Positions 27,745-31,849 of a stretch of 31,849 nt of DNA are shown piece by piece (positions within the stretch are counted from its first letter, which is position 1; the number at the start of each line of letters is the position of its first letter). Under the pieces are notes generated by a model. The model was given only the letters and a program-made list of their open reading frames with translations. It had not been told where the DNA came from and did no database searches. The stretch is from an uncultured Gemmatimonadales bacterium (GTDB lineage Bacteria > Gemmatimonadota > Gemmatimonadetes > Gemmatimonadales > GWC2-71-9). The translations under genes were made by a program, and so were the position numbers. The stretch covers positions 1-31,849 of the forward strand of contig CAWGSK010000032.1 in assembly GCA_963825055.1 (NCBI GenBank), in the 5' to 3' direction.

Positions 27745-30129
27745 ATGCCATACTCCATTGATACCCTCCTCCAGCCCACCGGGCTCTGGCCCCTGTTTCC
27801 CGACATGGTCATCAAGGGGACCATGCTGCTTCTCCTGACGTTCGCCGCGGTAGTGGTGCTGCGCCGCGCCTCGGCAGCGACGCGCAACTTCGCCTGGGGG
27901 CTCGGGCTCGCGATCCTCATCCTCCTGCCGCTTGTGCCAGCGGTCATGCCCTGGCGCGTCGGCCTGCTTCCGCCGGCCGCACCACGCGGCGCCGGGGCGG
28001 AAACGGCGCTCCGCTCCGACCGGGGCGGCGAGCCGGCAGTGACGCCGGCGATCGGAGTGCCGGAAACGCAGTCGGCACAGTCGGCCGCAGGATCCGCCAC
28101 TACGTCTTCCCCCACTGATGCCCTGCCGCTGCTGTTCACCCTCTGGGCCCTGGGCGCCCTGATCGTGGTGGGGCGACTGGGTGTGGGCACGATCCAGGCC
28201 CGCCGCCTGGTTGGTCGTGCGCGGCAGGTTCGTGACCCGGAGTGGGCCGACGTGCTGGACGCCGCGGCGCTCCGGCTCGGGATCCGCCGCGATGTGGACC
28301 TCCGGGTCAGCGGGGACGTCACGATGCCGATTACCTCGGGCATCCTCCGCCCCGTCGTGGTGCTGCCCGATGGAGCCGCCGACTGGCAGCCCGATCGGCG
28401 AGAGGCAGTCCTTCTCCACGAACTGGCACACGTGCGCCGGCACGACATCGCCTGGCATTTCCTGGTCCGGCTGGTCGCGGCAGCGTACTGGTTCCATCCG
28501 CTGGTCTGGTCAGCGCTGCGCCGCTTCCGGGCGGAGAGCGAGCGCGCCTGTGACGACCTGGTCCTCGCCTGCGGTACGCGGGCGTCCGATTACGCGCAGC
28601 ACCTGCTCGACATCGTGCGCGGGGCGGGCGAACGGCGCGCGCCGCTGGCCGCACTCCCCATGGCGCAACGTTCCGACTTTGAGGGACGGCTGCTGGAGAT
28701 CCTCGCCCCCGGCCGGGACCGCCGTGGCCTGGCAGTTGGCGGGAGCCTTGCAGGCCTCATGCTGGCCGGTGCAATCGCTCTTCCCCTGGCAGCCATCATC
28801 CCCGTTCGCGCAGAGCGGGCGGAGCAGGTCGTGCTCGAGGGTCCGTCGACCAGTCCCGGCTCCATGACCGGGGAGCCGAAGACCGGCGCCAGCACGAATA
28901 TCAGCACGAACACGACACTGAGCGTCACGACGAATACCGATGTCCAGGTGGATGCTTCCACCAGTACCGGGGAACCCGCCCCGGCACAGAGCCCCAGGCT
29001 CGTTCCCGCTGGGGCCATGGCGTCCCTCGTGACGGCGCTCCGTGACTCCGACGCCGGCGTGCGCCGTGCCGTAGCCCGGTCCCTGGGCGAGTCCGGCGAC
29101 TCGACGGTGGTCGGCGCCCTGTCGCAGGCGCTTCGCACCGATGCCGATGTCGAAGTCCGCAGAAGCGCGGCCTGGGCCCTGGGGCAACTCGAAGACGCTC
29201 GCGGTGTGCCGGCCCTGGGTGAGGCACTCCGTTCGGACAAGGATGCCGAGGTCCGGCGTAAAGCCGCCTGGGCACTCGGCCAGATCGAGAACGCCTCCGC
29301 GGTTGGCGTCCTGGTGGAGGCCCTCGAGGATTCCGATGGTGAGGTGCGCCGGATGGCCGGATGGGCCCTGGGGCAGATCGAGGACCGAAGCGCGGTCCCC
29401 GGACTGATCACGGTCCTGAAGGATGCCGACCCGGAGGCCCGCCGGATGGCGGCATGGGCCCTGGGGCAGATCGAGGATCCGGCGGCGGTGCAGGCGCTCG
29501 GTGCGGCGCTCAAGGATTCGAACGCCGAAGTACGCCGCAGCGCGCTGCATGCCCTGGGCGAGATCGAAAGCCCCGAAGCTGTCTCCTGGCTCGTTCCGAT
29601 GCTGCGTGATGCCGATGCCGAGGTCCGCAAGGAAGCGGCATGGTCGCTCGGGCAGATCGAGAGCGCCGATGCCGTCGCCGCGCTCGTCGCGGCGCTCCGT
29701 GACAGCAACGCGGAGGTTCGCAAGACTGCCGCGTGGGCGCTAGGTCAGATCGAGAGCCCCCAGGCTGCCGAAGGACTCGCGACGGCGCTCGCGGACAGCG
29801 ATGTCGGGGTCCGGCGCAGCGCCGCGTGGGCCCTGGGCCAGATCAACGATGTTCACCAGGCGCCGAAGGCCCTGATCGACGCCCTTCGGGACAAGGACGC
29901 GAAGGTCCGTGAGGCGGCCGCCCATGCCCTGCGCGAGATCGCCGACCCCGCCGCCGTGTCCGCCCTGGCTGCCGCCATCAAGGACACGGAACCCGCGGTC
30001 CGCCGAGCGGCCATCCAGGCCCTCAGCGAGATCCGTGATCCGGCTGCCCTGGACATGATGGTTCAGGCCCTCAAGGACAGCGACCCGGAAATCCGCAAGG
30101 CGGCGGCCCGGGCCCTCGGCAACGACTGA
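27745..30129 (+). CDS. M56 family (BlaR1-like) metallopeptidase with C-terminal HEAT repeats
   Basis: N-terminal TMs; LLHELAHVRRHD, YWFHPLVW, ERACDD; TM, Ser/Thr linker, 12 HEAT repeats. Confidence 0.92.
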   Translation: MPYSIDTLLQPTGLWPLFPDMVIKGTMLLLLTFAAVVVLRRASAATRNFAWGLGLAILILLPLVPAVMPWRVGLLPPAAPRGAGAETALRSDRGGEPAVTPAIGVPETQSAQSAAGSATTSSPTDALPLLFTLWALGALIVVGRLGVGTIQARRLVGRARQVRDPEWADVLDAAALRLGIRRDVDLRVSGDVTMPITSGILRPVVVLPDGAADWQPDRREAVLLHELAHVRRHDIAWHFLVRLVAAAYWFHPLVWSALRRFRAESERACDDLVLACGTRASDYAQHLLDIVRGAGERRAPLAALPMAQRSDFEGRLLEILAPGRDRRGLAVGGSLAGLMLAGAIALPLAAIIPVRAERAEQVVLEGPSTSPGSMTGEPKTGASTNISTNTTLSVTTNTDVQVDASTSTGEPAPAQSPRLVPAGAMASLVTALRDSDAGVRRAVARSLGESGDSTVVGALSQALRTDADVEVRRSAAWALGQLEDARGVPALGEALRSDKDAEVRRKAAWALGQIENASAVGVLVEALEDSDGEVRRMAGWALGQIEDRSAVPGLITVLKDADPEARRMAAWALGQIEDPAAVQALGAALKDSNAEVRRSALHALGEIESPEAVSWLVPMLRDADAEVRKEAAWSLGQIESADAVAALVAALRDSNAEVRKTAAWALGQIESPQAAEGLATALADSDVGVRRSAAWALGQINDVHQAPKALIDALRDKDAKVREAAAHALREIADPAAVSALAAAIKDTEPAVRRAAIQALSEIRDPAALDMMVQALKDSDPEIRKAAARALGND
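29035..30126 (+). repeat. Twelve ~31-aa HEAT (PBS lyase-like) coding repeats
   Basis: Consensus AL.D.D.EVRR.AAWALGQIE. Confidence 0.9.
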
Positions 30130-30166
30130 AGGCCCGCGCCCTCCCCCTTGCGGGGGTGCTCTGGAC

Positions 30167-30190
30167 AATTAATTTAAGCTTGAACTAATT
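30167..30190. promoter_or_regulatory. 24-bp AT-rich palindrome, candidate MarR-type operator
   Basis: AATTAATTTAAGCTTGAACTAATT, 10 of 12 pairs symmetric, 16 nt before ATG 30207. Confidence 0.6.
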
Positions 30191-30206
30191 GCCTGGAGCA
30201 GCAACG

Positions 30207-31133
30207 ATGGGACGCACGGCAGGACTTCACCATGTCACGGCGCTCGCGAGTGATCCCCGCCGAAACCTGGCTTTTTATACCGGCCTGCTCGGCCTCCGCC
30301 TGGTCAAGCGTACGGTCAACTTCGACGATCCGGGCACCTGGCATCTCTACTACGGGGATGCCAGGGGCACACCTGGCACGATCCTCACCTTTTTTGCCTG
30401 GCCGGGGGCGTATAGAGGAACGATCGGGGCGGGCGAAGTTGACCGTATTGCCTTCGCCGTCCCGGCCGAGAGTACGGATTTCTGGCGACGCCGCCTGGCG
30501 GAAAGCGGCAGCCTGGTGGATGACGCGCGCAATGATGTCCTCGCCACCGTACGCGATCCGGACGGCCTGACGATCGAATTCGTCCCGGCTCCGTCAGGCG
30601 GACCGGCGCCCACCTGGTCCACACCTGATATTCCCCGCGAATCCGCCATCTCCGGCCTCGGTGGTCTCACCCTGCGCAGCCGGAACCCCGCTGCCACCTC
30701 CGCGTTACTGTCCGAGGTGCTCGGCCTCACGCGCCCGGAGGCGGATACGTTTGTGGCGACCGGAGACCGGGTCGGGCGGATCGGGATGCAGGACGCTTCC
30801 GGGGGTCGCCCGGGGATGCTGGGCGCCGGATCCGTCCATCACATTGCATGGCGTGTCCCGGACGAGTCAGCGCAGCTGGCACTGCGCGACAGTGTGACGG
30901 CCACCGGTATCGGTGCTACGGAGATCCTTGACCGGAAATACTTCCAGTCGGTGTATTTCCGTGAACCGGGTGGTATTCTCTTCGAGCTGGCCACCGAGGG
31001 CCCAGGATTCCTGGTGGATGAGCCGGCCGAGTCGCTCGGGGAAACGCTGCAGCTGCCGGCGTGGCTCGAGGCCGATCGGGCCCGGATCGCGGCGCGGCTG
31101 CCACCACTCGAAGTCGCGGCATCACAGCGATGA
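30207..31133 (+). CDS. Ring-cleaving dioxygenase, VOC family (MhqA/MhqO-like)
   Basis: GLHHVT..FY..LGLRLVKRTVNFDDP..HLYYGD; VHHIAW; DRKYFQSVYFREPGGILFELAT.GPGF. Confidence 0.92.
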   Translation: MGRTAGLHHVTALASDPRRNLAFYTGLLGLRLVKRTVNFDDPGTWHLYYGDARGTPGTILTFFAWPGAYRGTIGAGEVDRIAFAVPAESTDFWRRRLAESGSLVDDARNDVLATVRDPDGLTIEFVPAPSGGPAPTWSTPDIPRESAISGLGGLTLRSRNPAATSALLSEVLGLTRPEADTFVATGDRVGRIGMQDASGGRPGMLGAGSVHHIAWRVPDESAQLALRDSVTATGIGATEILDRKYFQSVYFREPGGILFELATEGPGFLVDEPAESLGETLQLPAWLEADRARIAARLPPLEVAASQR

Positions 31134-31161
31134 TGCCGCCCGCCACACCAACGGGGGGAGC

Positions 31162-31809
31162 ATGCGGGCACGCGGAGGTCTGGTGGTCGCCGTCCTGCTG
31201 GGCGGACTGGTGCCGGGCCGGGCGGTGGCCCAGACGACGCTCGAACTCTTCATCGGAACGTCAGTCAGCCTCCCCACTCCACTCCACATCACGCAGGAGG
31301 GGGAGGCGGATCTCGACTTCACGGGCCACTACTCGACCCGCCCCGAACAGGACACGCCCTACTACGCGGCGCGAATCGGCTTCTGGAGCGGCAACCGGGG
31401 CTGGCTGATCGATTTCATCCACCAGAAGCTGTACCTGGAAAATCCCCCGCCGGACGTTCAGGGCTTCAACATCACCAACGGGTTCAACATCCTGGCGCTC
31501 AGCCGGGGCTGGGCGCGGGACAAGCTGGTGTTCACGCTTGGTGCAGGCCCGGTGGTTACCCACCCGGAGACGATCGTCCGGGGCAGGGTCATCGAGCGGA
31601 ACCGCGGCTTTATCCGGGACGGCTATTTCCTGTCGGGCGGGTCGCTCGTGGGCAGCGCCAACCGCCGTTTCCCGATCACGAGCCACTTCTTCCTGAGCAT
31701 CGACGGCCGGGTCTCGGCGTCCTACGTTCGTGTGCCGACCGCCGGGGGACACGCGTCCGTCCCCAACCTTGCCTTCCACGGGCACGGCGGCCTCGGCGTC
31801 AGCTTCTAA
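31162..31809 (+). CDS. Putative outer membrane beta-barrel protein
   Basis: GGAG then ATG 31162; signal peptide AVA-Q; amphipathic strands; C-terminal GLGVSF beta-signal. Confidence 0.7.
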   Translation: MRARGGLVVAVLLGGLVPGRAVAQTTLELFIGTSVSLPTPLHITQEGEADLDFTGHYSTRPEQDTPYYAARIGFWSGNRGWLIDFIHQKLYLENPPPDVQGFNITNGFNILALSRGWARDKLVFTLGAGPVVTHPETIVRGRVIERNRGFIRDGYFLSGGSLVGSANRRFPITSHFFLSIDGRVSASYVRVPTAGGHASVPNLAFHGHGGLGVSF

Positions 31810-31849
31810 GGTCCGGCGGCCCCCCGAGGCCGCAGCGAGACCTGTATCG

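Noticed and set aside
29035..30126. Regularly spaced DNA repeats (TGGGCCCTGGG.CAGATCGAG) as a CRISPR-like array
   Set aside because: In-frame HEAT-coding repeats with synonymous variation; no unique spacers and no cas genes.
27362..30129. Beta-lactam resistance locus (blaI/blaR1)
   Set aside because: No penicillin-binding sensor domain and no beta-lactamase; gene symbols withheld.
1..31849. rRNA, tRNA, riboswitch, IS, prophage or defence genes
   Set aside because: None recognisable by eye; a covariance-model search of 2880-3050 and 26990-27280 would be needed to exclude small RNAs.

Overview
High-GC bacterial chromosomal window. The gene content (lipoprotein beta-propeller, ECF-ZAS-DUF4097 cassettes, TIGR02999 ECF plus kinase-TPR, BlaI/M56) looks Gemmatimonadota-like, but that is an inference. 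About 28 real genes, dominated by envelope signal transduction: two paralogous ECF sigma / zinc anti-sigma / DUF4097 cassettes, an ECF43-like sigma with its Ser/Thr kinase-TPR partner, a BlaI + M56-HEAT-repeat pair, and an Hpt-REC-GGDEF-REC protein degenerate in all four domains. Transport and envelope genes fill the rest (MacB-type permease, mscL, AI-2E, APC, EamA, OmpA-TSP3, VTT). The best sequence-level discoveries are two bipartite ECF-type promoter motifs, each present twice with identical spacing (AAAC-N17-CGTCTCA and CTGGCCCC-N16-CGTTC), which predict target genes for two sigma factors. Also notable are tandem operator palindromes upstream of blaI, and a ~1.5 kb low-GC two-gene insert (possible orphan toxin C-terminus plus immunity gene) lying inside a destroyed amidohydrolase gene. 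About eight frameshifts, mostly +1, cluster in the first 15 kb and are probably long-read errors. No rRNA, tRNA, CRISPR or transposase/integrase was seen.
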